Part shown: positions 27,401 to 39,120 of the stretch, in pieces
Layout: every line of letters starts with the position of its first letter
How positions within the stretch are numbered: position 1 is the stretch's first letter
Assembly: GCA_046563655.1 (NCBI GenBank)
Contig: CM102286.1
Span: 5,766,001-5,830,000 of the forward strand
Reading direction: 5' to 3'
DNA: 64,000 nucleotides
Source of the DNA: Yuukianura sp. NJ FZ-2021
Taxonomy: Eukaryota
Program-made: the position numbers and the translations under genes
Notes under the pieces: model-generated
What the model was told of the DNA's origin: nothing
What the model saw: the letters and a program-made list of their open reading frames with translations, nothing else
The model's database searches: none

Positions 27401-30400
27401 AACTCCTCAATTCCATTTTAAGGAAATGTAGAACACTCAGGAAAATGAGGCAAGCTTGCACTGGTGTTGTTGTTTACTCACCTTTGGGATGGAGTTTGTT
27501 GGGATCGAACCAAGCCTCTGTAACAAACAATGAAAATCCAATTAGTACATTCAAATAATTAACCACAAGAAATAGATTAACGTTAGTTTAAGCCTGGGTT
27601 AGACTTCGAAATGTCAATTTCGGAAAAATGTTTTACTTGGGCACAGAACTGATGAAAGACAAGGACTTGAGCTGCAGCATGCGGATTTTTTGGAAGTGTC
27701 GGCGTGAGTGACAATTGTCGTTGAATCGCTGACCAAGTTAGTTGATGAGTCGATCTCCATTGTGTCTGATGAGAAGATGAGAATGGGAAACAAAATTACT
27801 TAAATGTGAATTAACTATCTGTCAGTCTAAAACGGGTTAGTACTAATAAGTTATTTTGAACCAGTTTACGAACAAAGACGACAAGACGAAGACGAGCCTA
27901 GTTTTTAAAAGAAGAAAAATAAGGAAGGGCAATTGAGAATACACAAGCTTTGTTTAAAAAAAGTTTCCTGGTACAAAATCACTTGACGACTAGACTGCGA
28001 GGCCAAATTCCACTTAGGAATAGAATAGGAACCCTCTTCCTTAAAACTGGACGTTGGACCTAACCTAACCGTTACCCTGACCTAACATAATCTATCAATA
28101 CTCAAAGCATGCGTCACGCATTTGCCTCAACTCAAATTGAGTAGCAACAAGTACAGTAAAAGTTTTACCAAGTTATGCTGACCGACCGAGAGATGATGAA
28201 AAGGCACGTTCAATATTCAGGAAAGAATAGACTAGACTGAACCGGCAAGAGACTGACCAAAGCCCAATGTGTCTGAATTGTAGTGTAAATTATTAGTTTT
28301 TGCTCTATCAGTAAGTTATAATAGCTTAGCGTTGTCGGTCAACTTTTAGTACAGCCGTAACGTTATAGACAAGGTGGATGTGTGGGGAGTTTGGGCTTAA
28401 AGCGTCTGACTCACTAACTCGCTTTATGTGAAACTTTTGCCATGTGAAATTTTCACGAGCCTTTCCCAATGTCATTTTCATTTGCGAGTTGCAGAGCTCC
28501 GCCACTTGCTAACCAAGTTATTAATTTAAAAATTATGCTATTCTCTCAATGCCAGTCAGTGTTGGTGGATATCCACTTTTTCGGCATTTCATCCACGGCT
28601 GGATATCCAGTGGAAGAAATGGACGAAATGGATAAATCCAAAGGGGCGGAGCTTTGCCCTCGGGATTTGAGTTAATTAAATTCAATAAGCTAAAACAAAT
28701 GAAAATACAGTAGAAAAACGAAGTAAACATCGCTTTTAAATAACTTTTAAGCAATTAATTAATTTTAACAGCGAAAGAAATGCTTTTTGATATCATTTTG
28801 TAATTTTAAATTTGATGTTTTTTGAATTTCGCGCTAAATCTTTGATTTCTTCCATCCACTAAAAGTTTCATCCATTTCGGGTGCATTTCTTCCAGTGGAT
28901 ATCCAGTGGAAGTGGCAATTAAGCCACTGGACGTTTAAGCATCCACCAACACTGATGCCAGTAAGAAGTAAGTGGATTTGGAAGGGAAACCCAGCGCACC
29001 CAGCCATTATTTCTGGGAGTTCCTTAGTCTAGGTCATCTTCTCGCCGCCATCAGAATTTACGAATTTTTTTCACTTTCTACTTTTGCTTTATGTCCAGAG
29101 CCTGCCAAAGTCGAAGCGAAAAACTTGGGTTTAGTAATTGGTCAGCAAGTAACTATGTACTAAAAAAAATAGAAATTGTAAAATTCTTCTTTCAACATTA
29201 TTGATATTCCTGTCTTAAAAACCGAGGAAGCGCTGACATTGCATTGGGGTCGCTACTAGACTTACGATACAGAAATCCCGCTCAGCTAATCTTAAGTTGG
29301 CGCGCAAACGTGCAGAACTGCGGATCACAATCCGCACGTATTCCCGATTCCGCAACATTTCACTTTGACGCTGCTACCCGCGAATTTGGTCTGCGTTTAG
29401 TTTAACGTCAAACTCCTAATTCATGAAGTCGTGTATCCGCTCGCAATCTAACATATTTCCAGTTCGAAAGTTAGATTAGCTACTATTTTAATCGTTTAAT
29501 GAAACAGGTAGATAATTTCTTAAATTGGAATCGTTAGTTGTAGGTATTTAGGGGGTCAAAATCTCAAACATAGTGATTCGGATGGATCGAAAGAACTCAA
29601 TTGTACCATTGTACGTTAGCTTAAGAAGTTAAAGTGTTTATCAAAGTTGTAGTAAGTATTGCATACTGGGTAACAAACATCCACGAGACTCGTTATTCGT
29701 CAAGTTCGTGACCTGTCTTTGTTCTGAATGAAAAAATGTTCTCAACTTACCCGAACAACGTGAATGAAAATATCTTCCTGCTGAGTTCTTCTTAATTGCT
29801 AAGTGAAATGACAATGAATTGCTTTTCTTAAGTGTAGTAAATGGAAATGTGTTGATCCAAGTAAAACTTGTCTTTGTTAGTTTGGAATGATTTTCAGATT
29901 GATGAAGAATGAACAAACAAAAATAGAAAACTTAAAAGAAAGTGACTTTCTTCTTATAAAAAGGTGTTATTTTGTAAGTTTCAGAATAAGAATCTTTTGT
30001 GAGGATCTCTCTCTCTGTGACCTGCGTTGTTCCCATGTAATTTTCCCTCTCTTTGCCTTCGGTTGTTTTCAATGCCATGGCCAAAACAAAAGTCTTATGT
30101 CCACCCTATTCCCTTGTTGCCACATTCACCACTTTTGCAAACATGCAAATATGGGCACGCAAAATTGTAAACTGCAAATCGGCACACAATTCAAACTGTG
30201 GGTTTTTTGATTCTAGCGTGTTTGAAAATTTCGGATAACTGATTGTACGCAAAATAGAAATAGATAGCTACTACTACTATACTTAAAACACGCTCATGTT
30301 AAGAGTAAATCCATTAGCAACATGCTTCTATCAAAGCATTGAGTTAATTAAGTTAATTTTTGATTACAAGATTTTTAAACATTTGATATGATACGGCCAA

Positions 30401-33400
30401 CCTTAACTACTATTACATATTGCATATTAATCAATAAATATTCAATATTAAAGACTATTTCGTTTTGTGACAAAATGTGTGTAAAAGCAGAATTATTATA
30501 CAAAGTTCGGAGGCGACAGCCTATTTGACCTGTGGCGCCTTAAGAGATGGTTACGACTGGCAACCATTACCCATAGCCCTCTCTTTGTGTTAATAATTTG
30601 CCTTAAGTGCGGGATTGTCGACTTGTCAGTTTTGCTTTTACAGGTTTGTTGTTAGAATGTACTTTGACCTTGACTGACTTGGCAAGCGCTATCATATTTC
30701 ATGATGAAGATGATGATGAATTATTCATCATGAATAACCATGACCGCCGATTCTCAAACTTAACCCAACCTACCTACAGACTTGGTCAAGGGGAGGACAT
30801 CGTGATTTTTAATTTGACGTCATTTAACGTCGTTCTCATAACCGCAGCCGAAACGTAACAACCATTTTAGATATATTTTCAGATGAAGGAAAAGTGCAAT
30901 ATTTTTGCAAAAGAAAAAGGAGTTATCTGTCAACGTCATTCCATGATCCGTTAATCTCAGCTTGCGTCAAGCACTCAAAACGTGAAACAACAAAAACAAA
31001 CTTTTACGTATAAAGTCAAGTCGCTCCGAGTAGAAATACAAACATTTCAAGCATTCTACTGAATATTAGTTTCTTAGTTTTTTTTAACACGGAAACATGA
31101 AGCATCTATACAAATCTGGTATATGTAAGCAATTCAATTCTAGGAAGGAAGCTCTAAGTGCTGCTGAAACGGGTTTTCGGTTTTCCAAAGAATAAACAAA
31201 AAAAGTAAACATTTCGTAAGACAGATTTTTAGATTGTTGCTTCAATTTTCTATTGAACTCGCAAGGAAAATTAAGAGGAAACTCGTTTTGTATATGTAAC
31301 GTACGTTGTAAGGTAAATATCAAAAAGAAGATGATGAAGTAAAACAAGGTAGGGCGATGCTCAAGGGTTGAGCATAGGTCTTCTGGAGGGAGTTGACAAT
31401 TGATACGGCTTTTAGACCGCTGTCCGCAAACCCGTTGAAGAAAAACGTTAAGAAACCGTTTTCACGACATTTATCCTACGAAACATCGCTCATACTTTTC
31501 AGTGCAGATGTGGGGCCTTCTGTGCACAATTGCACCAAAATGTTAAAAACCGTTTGCATCAAAATGTTGTTCAACTGAACAGTTTTCACTCTCTTCAAAA
31601 TTATTTTGCTGCACAATTGTTCCCAAATATGCACAGGTTTTAACACCACAACGTCCATTACCCAGCGTCAACATAACTGCACAATTTTACATTGATGTGC
31701 AATAAGTGTGCAACATGCACAAAATTGAACGTTGAGGAAAGGGTGTCGCATATCGTTTCTGTAGAATCAAAATCGGTTCAAATAAATGCACCATGTGTTG
31801 TTAAGTGCATAAGTTATAGGCTCGAATATCGCTATTTAAAATCAAAATTTCTTGTGAACGCAAATTTGAACCTGTCATGCTTTGTTCACATATTACACAT
31901 TTAAGCCGTATTTTCTGCCCTCTAATAAGCCCCAACTTAACAACGTAAATTAACATATTGTCAGAAAATGACCGGGTCAAAACTTCGTTGTTTAAATATA
32001 TTTTGAGTGTAATCGAAACCAAACCAGCATTGCGGAGCCACGATACTGCGGGTACGTAAAGTAGCCGCCCACTTCTACGTTGTTAAGATAACACTTTGAG
32101 TGGAATGTAGACATAATGAAAACACTTGAGCGATACAGAACCCCCGGTCAATAATGGGGCTAATGTTTCAGTGCAAAAAGTCCTAAAAAGTGTGACGGAC
32201 GGACGGACGGACGGACGGACAAAGTCGTATCAATAGTCTTCTTCAGCACGTCGTAGACGTGCGTCTCCAGAAGACTAAAATGAATCGACAATTTAGAGGA
32301 AAAAGCTGAAGAAATGATGCAGCATAAAAGAACATTAACGGCTAAATTTCACAATTTCAGTCTAAGTTTTACATAACTAATCAAACGTTTTCCAGAAAGT
32401 CCGACAGGAAAATTGTGAGAAAAGTCCATTGTTGCAACATAAATTATCATTCCAATGTTAGTCGAGTTTGTCATTTCAAAACTCTCTGTCACTCCGAAAA
32501 GTGCTAGCAACATTAAACTTTTGTTTAAGTTCTTGGCTGAAAAATAAGGTGCAGTATACTACACTGCAAGTTCTAAAAGAAAACTGAACTCCAACGCGGA
32601 TTTTTCAGATCTACAGGTAAGCGTTACTTTCATTTTCTAAATTTAAATTAAATTTTCTAACCGTACCGAACAACTTAGAATAAAGAGATTTCCGCCTTTT
32701 CCCCCGCATTTGACATTTCGAAGTCTAAACCCAAGAATACTGAAAATGTCACGAAAGAAGTAAAAAAATAAAAAGAAGCTTACTTGGGTTGAAGATGTTC
32801 AGGATTTGCTGGGCTTCTTCGCTGATTAGAAGCTCATCTCCAAAATGAGATTTGCGAACGACCTTGGAAATTGGAGGAGGAGTTCCAGATTTGGCTTCCA
32901 TTTTGCTGCCGGGAGTTTTTTGGGTAATCTCTGCTGGTGCTTGGTAAACCGGCGAAATGGTTTCAAAGGAGTCTTTGGGAAGAAACGGAATAAGTTCTTC
33001 TTCTTCTGCTTTCTTCTGAGCTTCAATCTTCTTTTCCAATTCTGACGCTGATGGCGGAGGTGACGTCCTCAAACCAATGGCGTCTCCAACTGCATATAAA
33101 TCTCTTGGAGGAGGTTCAGGCGCAGGCGACGAAGTGATTGGCTGATGTGCTGCTGACGCCGGTAGAGGTGGAATACTTTCCAAGAGATTCATGCCAACTT
33201 CCTTAACTTCTTTGACGACCTTGGGTTCCTCCAGAGGATATCGATGTGGTGGTACTTTTGGAGGAATCACTGCAAAATCGTAGTCGTCAACCGCTTCTGG
33301 ACTTTCGTTTTCATCAACGTCAACGTGCTCAAAAGGAGTCGTCGGCTGTTTGCTCGGAAATGCTCGGGATTCACTCGGTTCAACTTTGACAGCGGCCATG

Positions 33401-34782
33401 ACTGGTTCATTCGAGGCTTGTCCAAAGTCATCTTCATAGTCGAATCCAAAATCATCTTTTTGCTTTGTATCTTGAGGAAGTGACTTGACTGGAACTTGGG
33501 GATTTGGACTAATGGAGTCCTCAGATCTGTCAAATTCGTCAGCTCCGATGGAAGACGGATCGCGTTCTTGTAGGAAGCTGGTCAGTTCAGCATGCTTGGC
33601 TTCGAATTGACGCAAATGGTCGTCGTCAACTTTGTCCGTTGGTCTGGGTGACGATGGTTCGCTGGACTCGAGCTTGTATGGATCTACGAATTGGTCAAAT
33701 CTCATGTCATGATTGACGCCAGGAGTCATTGGGAAAGGAATACTTTCTTCTGGAACAAGCAGGGGTTCCTTGGTGTAAAAATTGTAAGGAGACGTTTTTC
33801 CCTCTTCCGTTTCATCTTTGGTTTCAAACATGTCAAAGTCCATGCCCTTGGATTTGTCAATTTCGGATGAAGTCATGCAGACGTCAGGAGTGAATTCAGT
33901 AATGGCTTCCTCTTCCAGGAGATTAGTGTCGGCCGTATGAGGTTGAAGGTGCTTCGGTTGGTTGGGTGACAAATCGGATGATTCTGCGGATGTTGACATG
34001 GGTTCCACTGGATCCTTTGGAAGATACTCTTCAAGGTCATCCGGTTCCAGAACTTGACTATCCGTGGTACTCTTGTTCCCACCTCCAACTTCCTTGGACA
34101 TGGAAGAGTCACCACTGTCATAGAAATCTGGTGGCTCCAAGGTAGTTAACATTTCAAAAGCGGCTGAGTCATGACGCGTTTCAGGTTTGATGTCAACAAA
34201 CCCTCCTCCGAATTTGTCTGCAGTTGCATTTGAAAATGGAGATCCAATTTGATGTTCTTGTGGATTCATTTGAAATTCAGACAAAAGAAGCTGATCGTCA
34301 GTTTTGAAACTGTCGTGGCCATTTTTTTCATTAGCTGCTTCCTGGGGTGATGCTGCCGGAGGGGCAGAAGGAGCCGTGACTCCAAAGAGATCGTCATGAA
34401 GAGCCGATTTGTCCAATTCAACAAATGGACTTCGTGGTGGGCTGACTTGGTCAATCCGTGGAGACGTTGGCGAAAATTCTTTGAAGTAGTCAAAGTCGTG
34501 GGCCAGATCGGACGAATTCCCGGTGGAAACGTGTGTGTCACCCTCACCACCCTCAAACAAGTTGGTTCCTTGCTTCGGTTCGTTGGGCAGTGATGAAAAT
34601 CCACCGAAAAATGATAAGTCATCAAGGAGGTTGCCAACATCTTTCCCTTGTTCAGTTCCGCTCGTTGACGTTAGGTCAGATTTTGGTGCCGACGCTGTTG
34701 GTTCGGTCTTTGCTGTGCCACTGCCAAATTCTTCTGGTTTGACTGATTGATGCGACTCCATTTCAAACTCTTTCAAATCCAT
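24499..34782 (-). CDS. Rtnl1: Reticulon (Rtnl1/RTN4-like), long isoform; exons 34782-32784, (optional 27765-27637), 27517-27482, 25294-25087, 25007-24799, 24717-24612, 24544-24499
   Basis: Reticulon homology domain VSELVYWRDPKKSGVVFG...GHPFK...LRHLFLVEDLVDSAKF...LTYIGSWFNGLTLLIL...LPKVYE...IDQY, C-terminal KKEKAQ ER-retrieval motif. The 36-nt exon KAWFDPNKLHPK links the N-terminal exons in phase 1. The 666-codon acidic exon has in-frame stops just upstream of its ATG. Confidence 0.9.
25396..25471 (-). CDS. Rtnl1: Alternative first coding exon of a short reticulon isoform (MGRKNREGSVSSGDAPEERKSDEGL)
   Basis: ATG at 25471, 25 codons + 1 nt, donor GTATGA, phase-compatible with the RHD exon at 25294. 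Confidence 0.75.
27637..27760 (-). CDS. Rtnl1: Alternative N-terminal or cassette exon of reticulon (MEIDSSTNLVSD...SACCSSSPCLSSVLCP)
   Basis: 41 codons + 1 nt then GTAAAA donor; acceptor at 27767-27766 makes a 129-nt symmetric phase-1 exon. Same translation in the second copy (44224-44347). Confidence 0.65.
28557..28954. mobile_element. hAT-type MITE, 398 bp (copy 1)
   Basis: Perfect 14-bp TIR CAGTGTTGGTGGAT / ATCCACCAACACTG with 8-bp TSD ATGCCAGT (28549-28556 and 28955-28962); internal repeated GGATATCCAGTGGAAG. Confidence 0.9.
31345..32276 (-). mobile_element. Non-autonomous Helentron derivative (HINE / DINE-1-like), ~930 bp
   Basis: Absent from copy 2 (empty A-run site ~47874-47879, no TSD). 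Subterminal inverted repeats GTCTTCTGGAG (31378-31388) / CTCCAGAAGAC (32265-32275). Hairpin ATGCTCAA-GGG-TTGAGCAT (31357-31375). (GGAC)n microsatellite 32194-32220. Confidence 0.85.
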
Positions 34783-37700
34783 TGCTCACTTTGCTTCTTA
34801 TTCTAAAAAAAATCAAAAATACAAAAATCAAGTTTTGAATACTTTATTTCCACATAAGCATGCGGAAGACTTCTGTTTTTGAAATTTTCTTCGCCGGACA
34901 ACGCAAAATGTGTGAGCGGATTTGAATGTTTGTAAATTGGAACGATTTGGATTAACAAATTTTGTTATGTGTTGGTATGACAATTTGAAAGTGGGGCAAA
35001 TTTAAAAAAAAAACTAATTCATTTGGCGAATCTCGAAATATGACAGCCTCTTCAAAGTTGTGTTAAAGTTCACAAGTTTTGAACGAAGTTTCACAAATCA
35101 TGCTTGTCATAAATCTTAAACTCAAAATTCATAAATCTTAACATAAAGTTTCCAAAATTTGAAGCAATTTGGCTTAAGCATTACAGGAAGGAATTTTGAA
35201 AGATTTGTTTGAAATCCAGTTGGGTGTTTAAGTATAGTTGCACTAAAAAATTTTAAAATTGAAGTGGAAATGCAAACATTTACCAGAAGCTGAGTGTTCC
35301 GTTTGCGTCTTGCTGGAATTCACACCGAAGGCTCCGAAATTCCGAACTCTAAAAATAAATAACGAAGCGTCTTAAGAATTGCCGGTTCGACGTCTGGTTT
35401 TGACTTGAAACGTCTTCCGTTTGCCCAATAAAAAGTGTTTCCAATCTGACAGAACAGGGAGGAGTGACTGGCATTTACTTTGTATATTATAAATGGGATA
35501 CGGTAGGCTGATTTTAGAGAAGCAAGCTGAAGCCAATCCAAGGCCTGGTTCATTGTAATTCATACGAATAGGACAACGTTCTCATCCCTTCAAAGATTAG
35601 CCAAAAGACATTACAGATTGTGTAGAAACTTTAGGTTTATTCATAGGACTTGCTACTATAGACTTTTGCCATTAAAGGCCTGGGAATTGCTATTTCCTTG
35701 TGGCTTTGGATTTTGAACCAATGAAGTTTTTTGCAACTTTAGGGAGACTCATCCTGTGAGTCACGATTAGTTTCGGCTCACAAATGGCGTCATAGAACTC
35801 TGACTGACAAGCTACAACACCTCATGATCATTATGCTAAAGTTTCTGTCAAACTGTAGATGTGATCAACATACACAGTGTTTGAGTTTATTTCTGACTCA
35901 CCTATGTAATTAAGGCGGATGCATGCTATCTATAGTGCCTGGACTTTAGTGCTTGCATATCAATCATCAGTACTTCAAAAAACAAACCTGTTTTAAAATG
36001 TAAACTATCTGTAACAGTCAATGTTATAATTTTTATACACAAAAAATTGAAACTTTCGAAACACAATTTTTCCACATCAAGTTCTACCAAAGTTGCCATT
36101 ATATACCGGTATATTCCACGTTCAGTTTTTCCGTGTCTGGAAGTTTTGAAATATGACTTAAGATAATTTTCTAAAAAAAAACATTTGGAACGTAATTGGA
36201 ATGTTGAAATGTTACTGTTGATGAGGGTATGCCTAATTTGTTAGCCAAGGATTTGAAATGTGTTGAGGAATTTGGCATCTCTGAAAAGTCCAGAGGAACA
36301 GTATATAGTAAATCAGTAGCTCGTTTGTTCTGACATGTTTGGAGACAACCCGCTGATGCTGCAGATGAATCTGCAACCTCGCAGCAAAAATATCCTGAGC
36401 AAAACCTAACTTTGAAGCATCACGTTAGAAAAAGACATTGCAAAAATAAGCACAACAGACAGATGCATACAATATGTCCAATCCTAACGAAAATGACAAA
36501 AGTTGCATTACGTCTGTGTCTTTTGTTGTGAAAAAAAGAATTCAACGAACGAAGCATAAAAATGTCAGCAAGCAAGCAGCAGGCCGAAATGGAATTTTGC
36601 AAAGTTTAGAAACTTTGGTTATTATTAGGATGTCATACACGCTATACTTGAAAAAAAATTTAAGTTTCGAACTCGGCATGAAGTTTATGTGTTATGCATG
36701 AAAAGTTCAAGATGGAAGTCAATGATAGCATACATTGCCAGCAGTATAGCGGCCTCCGTTGACCTTTAAACTCTCATTTGAAAACTTCCATTTGAAGCAT
36801 GAAACTGACGTTTTTGTATTCCTTATGCGTGTGCGGCATAAAAAACCCAAAACAAGCTAATTTTTTGTACAACCCAAACATATTTTGAACTCACCTTTTC
36901 GAAAGCGGTTTTGACTGTAACTCGAGTACCAGATTTTGCTGGAGAGATGACTAGCAGAGTTCAACTGTGTTACTTGCCAAAGTGTTTTGAAGTTTGATCG
37001 TTTTCAGTCTGTTAGCCGACTCGAGCGGAAGTTTCCTGTTAGTTTGAATGGTTACTGAACAGCGTTTTGGATTGAGTTCGGTGGATTTGCGGCGTAGGAC
37101 TACGACCAGTTGTAAGCTTAATTTGTGAGTCAGCCAAAGTCGGGGGGTTTCTAAGGTGGGTAAAACGATGTTTGGTATGGTTGGGTTGAACTACTAAATT
37201 ATGACTGGGGAGAGAGGTAGACTATGATGGGAAAGGATGGTGAAAGTGCAGGAGAAAGTGGCTCAGCTTCCTTCGCATCTCGCCTTCACGCCGTCTCCAC
37301 TTAACTCATACTAGCAAATCCACTACCGAAAATTATATACCGTAGGTTTCCAGATAACAGGCGTGAAACTGGGGTTTTTGTAGATATTGGGGGGTTTGTT
37401 GACCTTTGGGGAACGGGTTGGCCCGAGACACTGGAGAGGCTTTTTTAGTGTTGTATTGTAAGATAAAGCTTTCTCCAAAGTCTCGAGGGAGAGGGGTAGT
37501 TCAATAGAGAGGCAGCCAGAGCATTATTTGGAGCAGAGGTACTTTTTGGAAATTTACGGTAAGCTTATTGATTTTTACAATGGTCTCTACGGACCGTTGG
37601 CATGCACCGGTTTATATTCCTAGCATATAGAAACAGCTTTCATACTTCTTTTTAATGACAACAACACATGGATCTTCCCGTATAAATAAAATAAAATTAT

Positions 37701-38266
37701 CAGGCAACTCCTGTCGTCATTCAAGTTTTTGTTTTAGTAAATCGTTTTTGATTTTCACATCGTTTGAGGCTTACCGCTCCAGCACTTAAGTATAAATTTG
37801 AAAACTAGATGAATAGAATTGAAGTAATGATTACAGATCTGTAGTTCTACGCGTTGGTAGTATTTAGAATTTACTTTTGACGCTGACGCGACATAATTCG
37901 AAATCTGAGTCCCGTTGGGTCAGCAATAGGATTGTTGTTGGCAATTGTTATAGTGTCCTAGTTTGTATGGTTTCTGTAGTGCATATACAGAAGCATCCAT
38001 CGAACTTCTTCTGCTTCATATTTACTTAAGTCGATCAATATTGTTGTCGTCTTTTTCTCGAGTCTCCATTCTTATGTCGTTTTAGTACTATAAAACTTGC
38101 TTTTAGTTTCCTTTGTGAAGCTCTTATGCGATAATAGTAGGCGTTGGTCGTATTTTTATTGACACATTTTTCATAATAAAGAAAAAGAAGAGGAAACCGG
38201 GAAAACCATTGGAGTGTCTTTTGAAGTTTCATTGTAAAAGTAACACCGTAGCTTCTAAAAGTTAAT

Positions 38267-39120
38267 AGCTTGTTTCAAATAAGGCGATTATAATCCATTT
38301 TAGATTAATCTACGGTTGCGCGGTTACTCCAGCCCGAATATTTTTGCAGATTAATCCAGCTGCGAAAATGACAAAAGGCAAGAAGGATTGGACATTCATC
38401 AAGCGGTCGGAGAAGGTTGAGGAGAGGTCAGAGAAAGTTATCTAGCGGCTGGAGAACGTCATCGAGCGGTTGGTGAAAGTCATCGAGCGGACAGAGAAAG
38501 TCATCGAGCGGTTGGTGAAAGTCATCGAGCGGACGGAGAAAGTCATCGAGCGGTTGGTGAAAGTCATCGAGCGGACAGAGAAAGTCATCGAGCGGTTGGT
38601 GAAAGTCATCGAGCGGACGGAGAAAGTCATCGAGCGGAAGTGAAAACACGGTCAGAGTGACGATTACGATTAGGGAGCACTCCATAAATGAAACGTTTGA
38701 ATGTGCGTAGCTTTCTCCAACCGCTCGATGACTTTCTATGACCGCTAGATGACCTTTACCTACCGCTAGGTGAAGCTCTCTGACCGCTGGATGATTTTCT
38801 CTTACCACTCGATGACTTTCTCCGTCCGCTCGATGACTTTCACCAGCCGCTCGATGACTTTCTCCGATCGCTCGATGTCTTTCTATGACCGCTAGATGAC
38901 TTTCTCTGACCGCAAGATGACTTTACGTGACCGCTCGATGGCTTTCCCTGTCTCGTCGCATGGTTTTCTAAACTTGGAATTTCAGATTAATCTGAAAGAA
39001 TCCTCCTTTTTGTGGATTCTTTTTTGGGCGATTATAATCGGAAAAATAATCAGGCTGAAGTAACCGCGCAACCGTAGATTAATCTAAAATGGATTATAAT
39101 CGCCTTATTTGAAACAAGCT
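38267..39120. mobile_element. Foldback-type non-autonomous DNA transposon, ~854 bp, with opposed 21-bp tandem arrays
   Basis: Absent from copy 2 (empty site gttaatatttg ~53848-53858). TIR of ~60 bp AGCTTGTTTCAAATAAGGCGATTATAATCC...GCGCGGTTACT at both ends. TSD AAT (or TAATA). 21-bp units (GAAAGTCATCGAGCGG core) at ~38410-38640, inverted at ~38715-38945. Confidence 0.9.

Noticed and set aside
38428..38808. 126-aa ORF with PLDDFLR/PLDDFHQ heptad repeats, and a superficially CRISPR-like array
   Set aside because: By-product of the 21-bp tandem repeat inside the foldback element. There are no unique spacers and no cas genes, and the context is eukaryotic.
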